Positions 9,280 to 16,585 of a stretch of 39,386 nt of DNA are shown piece after piece (positions within the stretch are counted from its first letter, which is position 1; each line of letters starts with the position of its first letter). Origin of the DNA: Thermoplasmata archaeon (GTDB lineage: Archaea; Thermoplasmatota; SW-10-69-26; JACQPN01; JAJPHT01); the NCBI GenBank assembly GCA_034667685.1, contig JAXDQU010000020.1, positions 1-39,386 on the forward strand. The letters are read 5' to 3'. A program made the translations under genes and the position numbers. The notes below the pieces were generated by a model that searched no databases, was not told the DNA's origin, and saw only the letters and a list, made by a program, of their open reading frames with translations.

Positions 9280-9738
9280 ATGCGCAAGCTGAAGGTCCGC
9301 GAGCGCGCGTTCAAGCGCATCGCGTTCGCGAGCACGATCCTCGGCCTCGTCATCATGGCCATCGGGCTCCAGCAGCTCTTCCTCCCTGAGGGGCGCTTCC
9401 TCGTCTTCCTCCCGCTCTTCATCCTGGGCGGCGCCGTGGCGCTCGTGTCGGTGGTGATTGAGCCGGAGCGCGAGCCGGGCTTCACGATCACGCTCTACAC
9501 GCGCGAAGGGTGCAGCCTGTGCGAGGAGGCGCAGGCGTGGCTCGCGGCGAAGAAGGACGAGTACGACTTCGCGCTCTGGCTCGTGGACGTGGACCAGGAT
9601 GCCGCCGCGAACGCGCGCTACAGCGACTGGGTGCCGGTGGCGACTCTCCGTGACGAGGAATTGTTCCGCGTGAGCCCCGACTACCCGCGCCTCGAAGCGC
9701 GGCTGCGGCGCGAGGCGGACAAGCGCGTGCGGCGCTGA
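9280..9738 (+). CDS. Membrane-anchored glutaredoxin-like (thioredoxin-fold) protein
   Basis: Two N-terminal TM helices, then TLYTREGCSLCEEA and a cis-Pro-type VPV motif. Confidence 0.8.
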   Translation: MRKLKVRERAFKRIAFASTILGLVIMAIGLQQLFLPEGRFLVFLPLFILGGAVALVSVVIEPEREPGFTITLYTREGCSLCEEAQAWLAAKKDEYDFALWLVDVDQDAAANARYSDWVPVATLRDEELFRVSPDYPRLEARLRREADKRVRR

Positions 9739-9806
9739 CGCCGGTCGCGTCGTCCTCTGACGCGGGTATATCCCCAAGAACGCCCTTCCGGGTCACGGTC
9801 ATCGCC

Positions 9807-10310
9807 ATGTCCCTCTCCTCCGGATCCCGCGCGCTCCTCCAGGCGCCCACGATGCGCACGATGTCCGTCGAGGAGATCGACTCGTTCGTCGTCCCCGGCG
9901 GCTTCGCGGTCCTCTCCCTCGCCGCGGGCAACCATGCCTATGGCGTGCCGCTGTTCTTCGGGTGGCGCGAGGGCGCCGCGTTCTTCCAGACGCGCGCGGG
10001 CCAGAAGACGCGCTATCTCTACGCGACGACGGAGGCCTGTCTGACGGTCTCGCGCCCGCAGCCCGGGGGCGAGTGGGCCAGCGTGCAGCTCGTCGGGCGG
10101 CTCGAACGCGTCGACGCGCTCTCGTCGAGCTCGCTCGCCCGCAGCGCGATCCGGGGCGTCCCGCCGCCGCTCGACTGGGCCGACGACGACGCGCGCGCGG
10201 ACGAGGAGCACGTGGACGGCGTCACGACGTGGCGCCTCATCCCGTCGCGCCGGGTCGGCCGCTACAGCCAGCCGCCCGCCCTCGACGTCGCGCTCGACGA
10301 GAGCTTCTGA
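9807..10310 (+). CDS. Pyridoxamine 5'-phosphate oxidase-like (flavin-binding split barrel, NimA-like) protein
   Basis: MSVEEIDSF..GFAVLSLA..AYGVPLFF..GQKTRYL..CLTV..WASVQLVGRLERV pattern; TATA-like GTATAT at about 9766. Confidence 0.8.
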   Translation: MSLSSGSRALLQAPTMRTMSVEEIDSFVVPGGFAVLSLAAGNHAYGVPLFFGWREGAAFFQTRAGQKTRYLYATTEACLTVSRPQPGGEWASVQLVGRLERVDALSSSSLARSAIRGVPPPLDWADDDARADEEHVDGVTTWRLIPSRRVGRYSQPPALDVALDESF

Positions 10311-10315
10311 GCGCC

Positions 10316-10717
10316 TCACGAGCGCGTGACGGTGCCCACGGCCTCGGGGTCGTAGCGGTCGAGCGCGAAGAGCAGGTTCGCCAGCGTCGGGTCCGCGAGC
10401 CACTCCTCCGGCGTCGCGCCCTCGCCCAAGGCCTCGATCGCGCCGCTGATATCATCGGCGAGCGCGGGCGGGGCGAGGAGCTTGAGCACGCCCGCCTGCG
10501 CCGCGTCCTGGCCCGCGACGTGCACGAGGATCGCCGCGTAGCCCGGCGCGAGGCGGCCCAGCTTGCGAAGCTCGCCCACGGGGCCTTCGAGCGTCAGCCG
10601 GATGCGCCCGCCCGCGCGCTCCAGGCGCATGTCGGTCAGCTTGGCGACCTCGCCGTAGACGCCGACGTCGATCTCGCCGTGGAGCTTCAGCGACTCGCGC
10701 CACTCCGCCTCGTCCAT
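10316..10717 (-). CDS. Hypothetical protein, paralog 3 of tandem triplet
   Basis: MDEAEWRESLKLHGEIDV...LTLEGPVGELRKL...TPEEWLAD...RYDPE; ATG 5 nt after the stop of paralog 2. Confidence 0.8.
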   Translation of the reverse strand: MDEAEWRESLKLHGEIDVGVYGEVAKLTDMRLERAGGRIRLTLEGPVGELRKLGRLAPGYAAILVHVAGQDAAQAGVLKLLAPPALADDISGAIEALGEGATPEEWLADPTLANLLFALDRYDPEAVGTVTRS

Positions 10718-10722
10718 GCGAT

Positions 10723-11142
10723 TCAGGCGGCGGCGAGGTCCGCGCTCTCGGGGACGTAGCGGTGCAGCGAGAAGGCGAGCGAGGCCCACACGGGGTCGGA
10801 GAGCAGGTCGTCCGGGCCCCACTGCTCGCCAAGCTCCTGCGCGACCTCCGCGAGGTCGGCGACGAGGTCGGGCTCCGCGACGAGGCGCAGCGTGGCGAGG
10901 CGCTCCTCGTCCTCGGCCAGGCCCGCGAGCGCGTCGCCGTAGCGGGGGTGGAGAGTAGTCAGCTTGCGCAGCTCGGCGAGCGGGCCCTGCAGCTCCAGGT
11001 GCAGCGCGCCGTCCTCGACCATGGCGCCTTCCTTCTGGATCTCGAGGCCCGTCAGGTGGGCCTCGTCCTCCGGAAGCGTGATGTCGATCTCGCCGGTCAG
11101 GCGGAGGGAGGTGCGGCCACCCTCGCCGTAGCGCTCAGGCAT
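10723..11142 (-). CDS. Hypothetical protein, paralog 2 of tandem triplet
   Basis: SLRLTGEIDI...LELQGPLAELRKL...GPDDLLSD...RYVPE. Confidence 0.8.
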   Translation of the reverse strand: MPERYGEGGRTSLRLTGEIDITLPEDEAHLTGLEIQKEGAMVEDGALHLELQGPLAELRKLTTLHPRYGDALAGLAEDEERLATLRLVAEPDLVADLAEVAQELGEQWGPDDLLSDPVWASLAFSLHRYVPESADLAAA

Positions 11143-11197
11143 GACAGAGCCTCGCATGGCCGGGTCCTAAAGCTTGCGACATGTTTCGATGTCCCGT

Positions 11198-11629
11198 TCA
11201 GACGTCCGTTCGCCACGTCGGCGTCTCGACCGGCTCGATCGCGTCGGGCTCGTAGGACGCGAAGGTGAGCGCCTCGCGCAGCCACGCCTCGTTCGCCACG
11301 AGGTCCTCCGGGGTGGGCTCGTCGCGCGCGTCGCCCATCGCGTCCGCCATGCGCGCGAGCTGCCGCGGGGAGGCGTGCAGGCGCAGGATCGCCGGCGCCT
11401 CGTCGGCGAGATCCTCGCGCGTCGCGACCAGGGCGTGCAGCGCGTCGCTCGCGAGCGCCAGCTTGCGCAACTCGCCCATCGTGCCGCCCAGCGTCAGCTC
11501 CAGCGGGCCCTGCGCGTCCTGGAAGCTGCCGCGCTTGCGCAGGTCCAGGTCCTCGATGCGGAACTCGATCCCGGGGGGCGCCCGGATCCCGATCTCGGCA
11601 GTCAGGTGATAGTGCTGCTCGCGCGACAC
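11198..11629 (-). CDS. Hypothetical protein, paralog 1 of tandem triplet
   Basis: YHLTAEIGI...LELTLGGTMGELRKL...TPEDLVAN...SYEPD; GTG 11629 chosen by alignment to the paralogs. Confidence 0.75.
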   Translation of the reverse strand: MSREQHYHLTAEIGIRAPPGIEFRIEDLDLRKRGSFQDAQGPLELTLGGTMGELRKLALASDALHALVATREDLADEAPAILRLHASPRQLARMADAMGDARDEPTPEDLVANEAWLREALTFASYEPDAIEPVETPTWRTDV

Positions 11630-11671
11630 GGTGGCAGCGTGAGCGCGTCCCAAGCTTGAGCCTGCGCCCAG

Positions 11672-11778
11672 AAGAATCAAGGGTACGCCCAAGCGAACAA
11701 GAAGGGTACACCGAAGCGGACAAGACCATCAAGGGTCGGCCCAAGCGGACAAGATATCAAGGGTCGGCCCAAGCGGAC
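11672..11778. repeat. Four-unit tandem direct repeat array (20-bp core AAGGGTnnnCCnAAGCGrAC; unit lengths 27/23/29/28)
   Basis: Cores at 11679, 11702, 11731 and 11759; the last two cores are identical; unit lengths do not preserve frame, so non-coding. Confidence 0.9.
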
Positions 11779-11812
11779 GGCCCGAAGGGCCAGTCCGCGT
11801 TTCCGCCGGCGC

Positions 11813-11848
11813 TTTTTGCTCGTCGGCGCTTCGCGCCGACGGCAAAAA
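11813..11848. terminator. Bidirectional hairpin with T/A tracts downstream of the Fe-S carrier gene
   Basis: tttttgc-tcgtcggcgc-ttc-gcgccgacg-gcaaaaa. Confidence 0.7.
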
Positions 11849-11854
11849 GGGCCG

Positions 11855-12202
11855 TTACATGAAGCTCTTGCCACACCCGCAGTGGCTCGTCGCGTTGGGG
11901 TTGTCGAGCACGAAGCCCGCGCCCTGGAGCGACTCGACGAAGTCGAGCTTCGCGCCGGTGATGAGCGGCTCGATGTCCTCGTTGATGAAGATCTTGACGC
12001 CGTGCTGCTCGACGACGATGTCCTCGGGCGCGGAGGCGTCCGCGAAGTCGAGGCCGTACGTGTAGCCCGAGCAGCCGCCGGGCATGACGGAGACGCGGAG
12101 ACCCGCGGTCTCCTTGCCCTCATTCTTCATGATCGTCTTGACCATCTCGGCCGCCTTCGGCGTGAGGGTGAACACGGGGGACTCGGTGACGGTGGACGTC
12201 AT
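11855..12202 (-). CDS. A-type iron-sulfur cluster carrier (HesB/IscA/SufA/ErpA family)
   Basis: LRVSVMPGGCSGYTY...F..NPNATSHCGCGKSF signature. Confidence 0.95.
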   Translation of the reverse strand: MTSTVTESPVFTLTPKAAEMVKTIMKNEGKETAGLRVSVMPGGCSGYTYGLDFADASAPEDIVVEQHGVKIFINEDIEPLITGAKLDFVESLQGAGFVLDNPNATSHCGCGKSFM

Positions 12203-12278
12203 GCTGTTCAAGCCCCTTGTAGGAGGTCTCCTTGAAAAAGGTGACGGTGGGGTCAGGCATACTCCTGGACTGGGAAGC

Positions 12279-12884
12279 ATGCTCCTCGACGTCTCGCAGC
12301 CGGTCACCCCCCGCACCGCCGCCTGGCCCGGCGACGAGCCCTTCTCCTGCGGCTGGAGCGTCGAGACGCCCCAGCTTCGCGTGGGGTGGGCCAGGCAGAG
12401 CGCGCACGTGGGCACGCACGTCGACGCGCCGTACCACTTCCTGCAGGACGGAGCGCGCGTGGGCGCGTTGCCGCTGGACGCGTTCGTGGGCCCCGCGCTC
12501 GTCGTGGATGCGCGCGGCCGCGATGCGCTCGATGCGTCGCTCCTGCGCGGGCTCGACCTGGCGCGCGCGCCGCGCGTCCTCTTCCGCACGCGCGACCGCG
12601 CCGATCCCGAGGTCTTCGAAAAACGATATCCCGTGCTCGCCCCCGACGCGATCGACGCGCTCGCCGCGGCGCGCGTGCGGCTCGTCGGCATCGACCAGGC
12701 CAGCTACGATCCGTGGGACGCGAAGGACCTCGTGGTGCATCACGCCCTTGCGCGGGCCGGCATCGTGAACGTGGAGAACCTTCGGCTCGACGGCGTGCAG
12801 CCGGGAGGTTACGAGCTCCTGGCCGCGCCGGTGAACTGGGCCGACCTCGACGCCGCGCCGCTCCGTGCCTTGTTGCGGCGCTGA
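12279..12884 (+). CDS. kynB: Cyclase family protein / kynurenine formamidase
   Basis: WPGD, HVGTHVDAPYH metal motif, LVGID, ENL, DAAPLRA. Confidence 0.85.
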   Translation: MLLDVSQPVTPRTAAWPGDEPFSCGWSVETPQLRVGWARQSAHVGTHVDAPYHFLQDGARVGALPLDAFVGPALVVDARGRDALDASLLRGLDLARAPRVLFRTRDRADPEVFEKRYPVLAPDAIDALAAARVRLVGIDQASYDPWDAKDLVVHHALARAGIVNVENLRLDGVQPGGYELLAAPVNWADLDAAPLRALLRR

Positions 12885-12940
12885 TACGGTCCAGCGGCAA
12901 ACGACAAACCCACACAGAGCTTCACGAGACGGGGAACCAC

Positions 12941-13114
12941 GTGGACGTCCGTCAGGATTGGGTGTCCTTCCAATGCGCGTGCGGCTTCCGCCTCGAACGC
13001 GTGCCGCGCAGCGTGGTCGCTGACCTTCCCCGGTGCCTCGGATGCGGGCGCCCCCTGCGCGCCGCCAACGCGGTCAAGACGCGCGGCTTGGCCGACGTCC
13101 GCGATCTCCGCTGA
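12941..13114 (+). CDS. Zinc-ribbon microprotein (57 aa)
   Basis: CACG...CLGCG knuckle pair; GTG start. Confidence 0.6.
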   Translation: MDVRQDWVSFQCACGFRLERVPRSVVADLPRCLGCGRPLRAANAVKTRGLADVRDLR

Positions 13115-13115
13115 C

Positions 13116-13247
13116 CTACTCTTCCTTCCGCGCGGCGCGCCAGCGCTGCCACGCGACGGCGACGAACCAGCTCACGACGAGGAACGCGACCGTGAGCACG
13201 CCAGCCCAGACGTACATGCCCGTGTCGTCCATGTTGTCGAGGTCCAT
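13116..13247 (-). CDS. Small single-TM membrane protein (start uncertain, 13247 or 13307)
   Basis: MYVWAGVLTVAFLVVSWFVAVAW followed by a basic tail; convergent with the Zn-ribbon gene. Confidence 0.55.
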   Translation of the reverse strand: MDLDNMDDTGMYVWAGVLTVAFLVVSWFVAVAWQRWRAARKEE

Positions 13248-13617
13248 GGAGCTCAGCAGGTCCGCGGGCGCGACGGGCACGGCCGCGCCACGGCCCGCGC
13301 GCGTCATCACGTTTGTGGCGGCGACCCCCGGAAGACACCGGGTCCCCAGGGGCGCACGCCACCTCGGGCCGCTCGGATTCCACGACACGTTGAAATAGGA
13401 ATGCCGCAGAGCCCGCTTCGAGCAGGGACGGGCGAAGTTTTCATGACTCAAGCCTCCCCCCTCCCCTTTTGCTCGTGCCTGCTCGCGGCGCCTTGAGCGT
13501 CGTCGCCCGTCCTCTCCGCGTCCGGCGTCATGGTCGGCGCGGAGGGGCGGGGGGAATTTTCTCAGACCCCTAAATCCATAAGTAGGACCAGCGGCTTCCG
13601 CGGCGTGCTTCCTTCTT

Positions 13618-13700
13618 GTGGGGGTAGCCTAGCCCGGTAAGGCGCAGGATTGCTAATCCTGTGCTGTATCAGCTCGGGGGTTCAAATCCCCCCTCCCACG
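13618..13700 (+). tRNA. tRNA-Ser (anticodon GCT), long variable arm, CCA not encoded
   Basis: Acceptor GTGGGGG/CTCCCAC plus G discriminator; anticodon arm CAGGA-TTGCTAA-TCCTG; T arm GGGGG-TTCAAAT-CCCCC. Confidence 0.95.
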
Positions 13701-13831
13701 CTTTTCCTCCCAGACGAAAGGCGCTGCTCGCCTCCTTCCGGAGAATGTTCCACGCACGTTGATGGCGGGAGGGATGGCCGCCTCGCCGGGTCCATATAGT
13801 CGGCCTCGCCAACCGGGGGCGGAGGACACGC

Positions 13832-14344
13832 ATGCTCCGCCGGCCCGCTGTCGGGTGGGCGCTGCTCGCGCTCGTCGGCATCCCCCTTGTCGCGGCCGAG
13901 ACGCTGGGGGTGCCGACGGTGTCGAGCCCGACCCCGCCCTCGCTGATCTCGACGACGCCCACTGCGCCCTCGCTGGTCTCGTCGACGCCGGCCTCCTCGA
14001 CGCCCGCATCGTCCACGCCCACGTCGAGCACGCCGGCGTCGAGCACGCCGACCTCCAGCACGCCCATCTCGTCCTCGCCGGTCGCGGCCACGCCCGCATC
14101 CTCCCCGAGCCTGCCCGCGCCTTCCGAGGTCGCGCCGTCCGCGGCCGCCACGCTTCCCTCGGACGCGACGCTCCCCGTCTCGACGCCCTCGCTGCCCGCG
14201 CTCACGTCGAGCACGCCCGCGCAGGCCGCGGCGGCGCCCGCCCCGCAGGCTCCCGCGACGCGCGGCGTCTCCGCGCCCGAGGTCGCGCTGGGGCTCGCGC
14301 TCGTGGGCGCGGCGGCCGTGGCGCTCGGCTTCAGGCGCGCGTGA
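13832..14344 (+). CDS. Ser/Thr/Pro-rich cell-surface protein with C-terminal membrane anchor
   Basis: Signal peptide; SSTP(A/T) repeats; C-terminal RGVSAP-hydrophobic-RRA; CATATA about 35 nt upstream. Confidence 0.8.
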   Translation: MLRRPAVGWALLALVGIPLVAAETLGVPTVSSPTPPSLISTTPTAPSLVSSTPASSTPASSTPTSSTPASSTPTSSTPISSSPVAATPASSPSLPAPSEVAPSAAATLPSDATLPVSTPSLPALTSSTPAQAAAAPAPQAPATRGVSAPEVALGLALVGAAAVALGFRRA

Positions 14345-14693
14345 GCTTGTACGCGAGGCTCGTCTTGAGCGCCTCCTCGACGTACTTGCCTTCGAGCGCG
14401 CCGACCTTCGCGGGCAGCTCCATCCGGGCCACGCGCTTCGCGTCGCCCTGCGGCTCGTCGATGAGCATCGCGCGGTAGACGAGCCTCAGCTCGCCGGGCG
14501 CGTGGAGCACGTCGACCAGCTCCAGCTTGGGCGCGCGCGTGCCGGTCCACGCCTCGACGAGGCGCCGCATCGCGTCCGCGACCGGCTCGCCCTCGCGCAG
14601 CTCGCCCTCCGGAAATGATAGCACGCCTCCGCGCTCGTAGAGCACGTACTGGTTGCCCGCCATCGCGATGCACGCGAGGGTGACGCGCGTCAT
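14331..14693 (-). CDS. NUDIX-fold protein with degenerate Nudix box
   Basis: LSFPEGELREGEPVADAMRRLVEAWTG versus the consensus GX5EX7REUXEEXG. Confidence 0.65.
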   Translation of the reverse strand: MTRVTLACIAMAGNQYVLYERGGVLSFPEGELREGEPVADAMRRLVEAWTGTRAPKLELVDVLHAPGELRLVYRAMLIDEPQGDAKRVARMELPAKVGALEGKYVEEALKTSLAYKLTRA

Positions 14694-14753
14694 GCGCACG
14701 GCAACGCCCGTCGCTCGCCTAACCTTTTTCAGGGAGGGGCGCATGGCCGCGCG

Positions 14754-15917
14754 ATGTCCGGCTTCGAGACGTTGCGCCTTCCGCCTCCGATCCGCGCGGC
14801 GCTCGACGCCATGGGCTACGTGGAGCCCACGCCCGTCCAGCGCGAGGCGATCCCCGTCCTGCTCAAGGGCAAGGACGCGCTCGTGGAGGCGCAGACCGGC
14901 AGCGGCAAGACGGCGGCGTTCGGCGTCGCGTGCGTGCAGGTGGGCGCGGCCGCGCCGGGCCTGCGCGTCGTCGTGCTCGTGCCCACGCGCGAGCTGGCGC
15001 GCCAGGTGGCCGACGAGATCCGCGCGCTGGGCGCCGGCTCGCCCTTCCGCTGCGTGGCCGTCACCGGCGGCGTGCTCGAAGAGCGGGAGGACCGCGCGCT
15101 GGGCGGGGACGTGCGCTGCGTCGTCGCGACGCCGGGCCGGCTCCTCGCGCTGCGCGAGCAGGGCAAGCTGGGCCTGGACCGCGTCGCGCTCGCGGTGGTC
15201 GACGAGGCGGACCGCATGCTCGACATGGGCTTCGCGCCCGACGTCGAGCGCGCGCTGGACGCGATGCCCGCGCGCGAGCAGACCGTCCTCGTCTCCGCGA
15301 CGCTGCCCAAGGAGGTGCGCGCGCTCGCCTCGCGCCACCTGAAGTCGCCCGTCGAGGTGCGCGTGGGCGAGGCGCCCATCCCGGCGAGCCTGGCGCACCA
15401 CCGGCTCAACGTCTTCCCCGACCAGAAGGAGCGCGCGCTCGTGGCGCTGCTCAAGCAGGAGAACCCGCAGCGCGCGATCGTCTTCTTCCGCATGCGCCAC
15501 CGCGCGGCGTCGTTCGCCAAGGTGCTCAAGGAGGCCGGGTTCGCGGCGGACGCGCTCCAGGGCGAGATGTCGCACGACCAGAGGCGGCACGTCTTCGACC
15601 TCTTCGCGCGCGGCATCACGCACATCCTCGTGGCGACCGACCTGGCGAGCCGCGGCCTCGACGTGCCCGAGATGGAGCTCGTCGTCAACGTCGACCTGCC
15701 CGACGAGGACGAGCAGTACCTCCACCGCGCGGGTCGCGCGGCGCGCGCGGGCCGCCCCGGCAAGGTGATCTCGTTCGTCCTTCCCAACGAGAAGGAGCGC
15801 CGCGAGGAGCTGGAGCGCGTCGCGGGCCACGCCTTCGAGCCCTACCGGCTGACGATCCCCGAGGCCGACCCCGCCTCCCAGCCGCCCAAGCGCGGCCCGC
15901 CCAAGCGCCGCGGATAA
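14754..15917 (+). CDS. DEAD-box RNA helicase
   Basis: Q motif PTPVQ, AQTGSGKT, PTRELA, TPGR, DEAD, SAT, RGLD, HRAGRAAR. Confidence 0.95.
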   Translation: MSGFETLRLPPPIRAALDAMGYVEPTPVQREAIPVLLKGKDALVEAQTGSGKTAAFGVACVQVGAAAPGLRVVVLVPTRELARQVADEIRALGAGSPFRCVAVTGGVLEEREDRALGGDVRCVVATPGRLLALREQGKLGLDRVALAVVDEADRMLDMGFAPDVERALDAMPAREQTVLVSATLPKEVRALASRHLKSPVEVRVGEAPIPASLAHHRLNVFPDQKERALVALLKQENPQRAIVFFRMRHRAASFAKVLKEAGFAADALQGEMSHDQRRHVFDLFARGITHILVATDLASRGLDVPEMELVVNVDLPDEDEQYLHRAGRAARAGRPGKVISFVLPNEKERREELERVAGHAFEPYRLTIPEADPASQPPKRGPPKRRG

Positions 15918-16023
15918 GCTTTGGCAATCCGGACGTTTTCCCAAAGCCCGAATCCTGGGAACCTCTCGTACGGTCCCCGGACTCGGGCATGTCGCCCCCG
16001 TGCGGGACAGAGGCTTGGCATCC

Positions 16024-16221
16024 ATGATGATCGACGAGTTCCAGGAGAAGAGAAAGCCCGGCGTCATGACCGAGGACAAGGAGATCAAGGTCAAGATCCC
16101 GCTGGACTACCACATCAAGCTCCACACCGTCAAGGTCGTCAGCGGCGTCCCCATCTCGGACACCGTGAAGCAGGCCCTCGAGAGCTACTTCGAGGAGCTC
16201 AACCGCGAGACGACGTCCTAG
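16024..16221 (+). CDS. Small ribbon-helix-helix-like DNA-binding protein (start may be 16066)
   Basis: KEIKVKIP (strand)-LDYHIKLHTVKVVSG-ISDTVKQALESYF pattern; typical codon usage. Confidence 0.65.
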   Translation: MMIDEFQEKRKPGVMTEDKEIKVKIPLDYHIKLHTVKVVSGVPISDTVKQALESYFEELNRETTS

Positions 16222-16278
16222 GCGCGATCGAATCCGGCACGATTATCTCCCTGCCTCGCCGAGGGCGACCGGGATCGG

Positions 16279-16377
16279 ATGCCCGCCAAGACCCTCCTCG
16301 ACCTCGACATGCCCCACGACCTCCTTCTCTACTGGGCGCGCCGCAAGCTCGAATCGCGCGACCGCGACCTGACCTGA
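16279..16377 (+). CDS. Putative 32-aa microprotein MPAKTLLDLDMPHDLLLYWARRKLESRDRDLT
   Basis: Not in the ORF track; GC3-rich codons; AT-rich GATTATCT about 33 nt upstream. Confidence 0.45.
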   Translation: MPAKTLLDLDMPHDLLLYWARRKLESRDRDLT

Positions 16378-16463
16378 TGCACGTCTGACGACGCCGATCA
16401 TGGGGTGCCGATTGGGCCGCGCCCGCTCCTGGCGCCATGAGCGGCGTGGTGGGTCCCGCTTCC

Positions 16464-16550
16464 CGCTTCGCGCACCGCCAACACGCTGACACGCCAACAC
16501 GCGGTGGAGGCTCGCCCTGGCGTGTTCGCGTGTTGGCGGCCCGCGAAGCG
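16464..16550. repeat. Inverted repeat with 8-bp CCAACACG tandem units
   Basis: cgcttcgcg..ccgccaacacgctgacacgcca / tggcgtgttcgcgtgttggcgg..cgcgaagcg, downstream of the nikR-like gene. Confidence 0.85.
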
Positions 16551-16585
16551 CCAGGGAAGAGACGGTCGCAAAGCAGGTTCTGCCA

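Noticed and set aside
6766-9777. 1003-aa minus-strand ORF (and similar long antisense ORFs such as 21117-23432, 23436-25694 and 30513-32303)
   Set aside because: They overlap well-supported genes on the opposite strand, have low-complexity R/V/G/D-rich translations, and are expected artefacts of GC3 bias
11672-11778. CRISPR array
   Set aside because: Linkers between cores are only 3-9 nt, there are no unique 25-45 nt spacers, and there are no cas genes in the window
13388-13560. CGTTGAAATAG motif (also at 5439-5449 on the minus strand) followed by a 17-codon ORF and a GC hairpin
   Set aside because: Most simply a TATA-like promoter variant; the ORF is too short and atypical and the hairpin is too weakly supported to call
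13618-13700. tRNA as integration site of an island or provirus
   Set aside because: No integrase and no duplicated tRNA 3' end seen in the window
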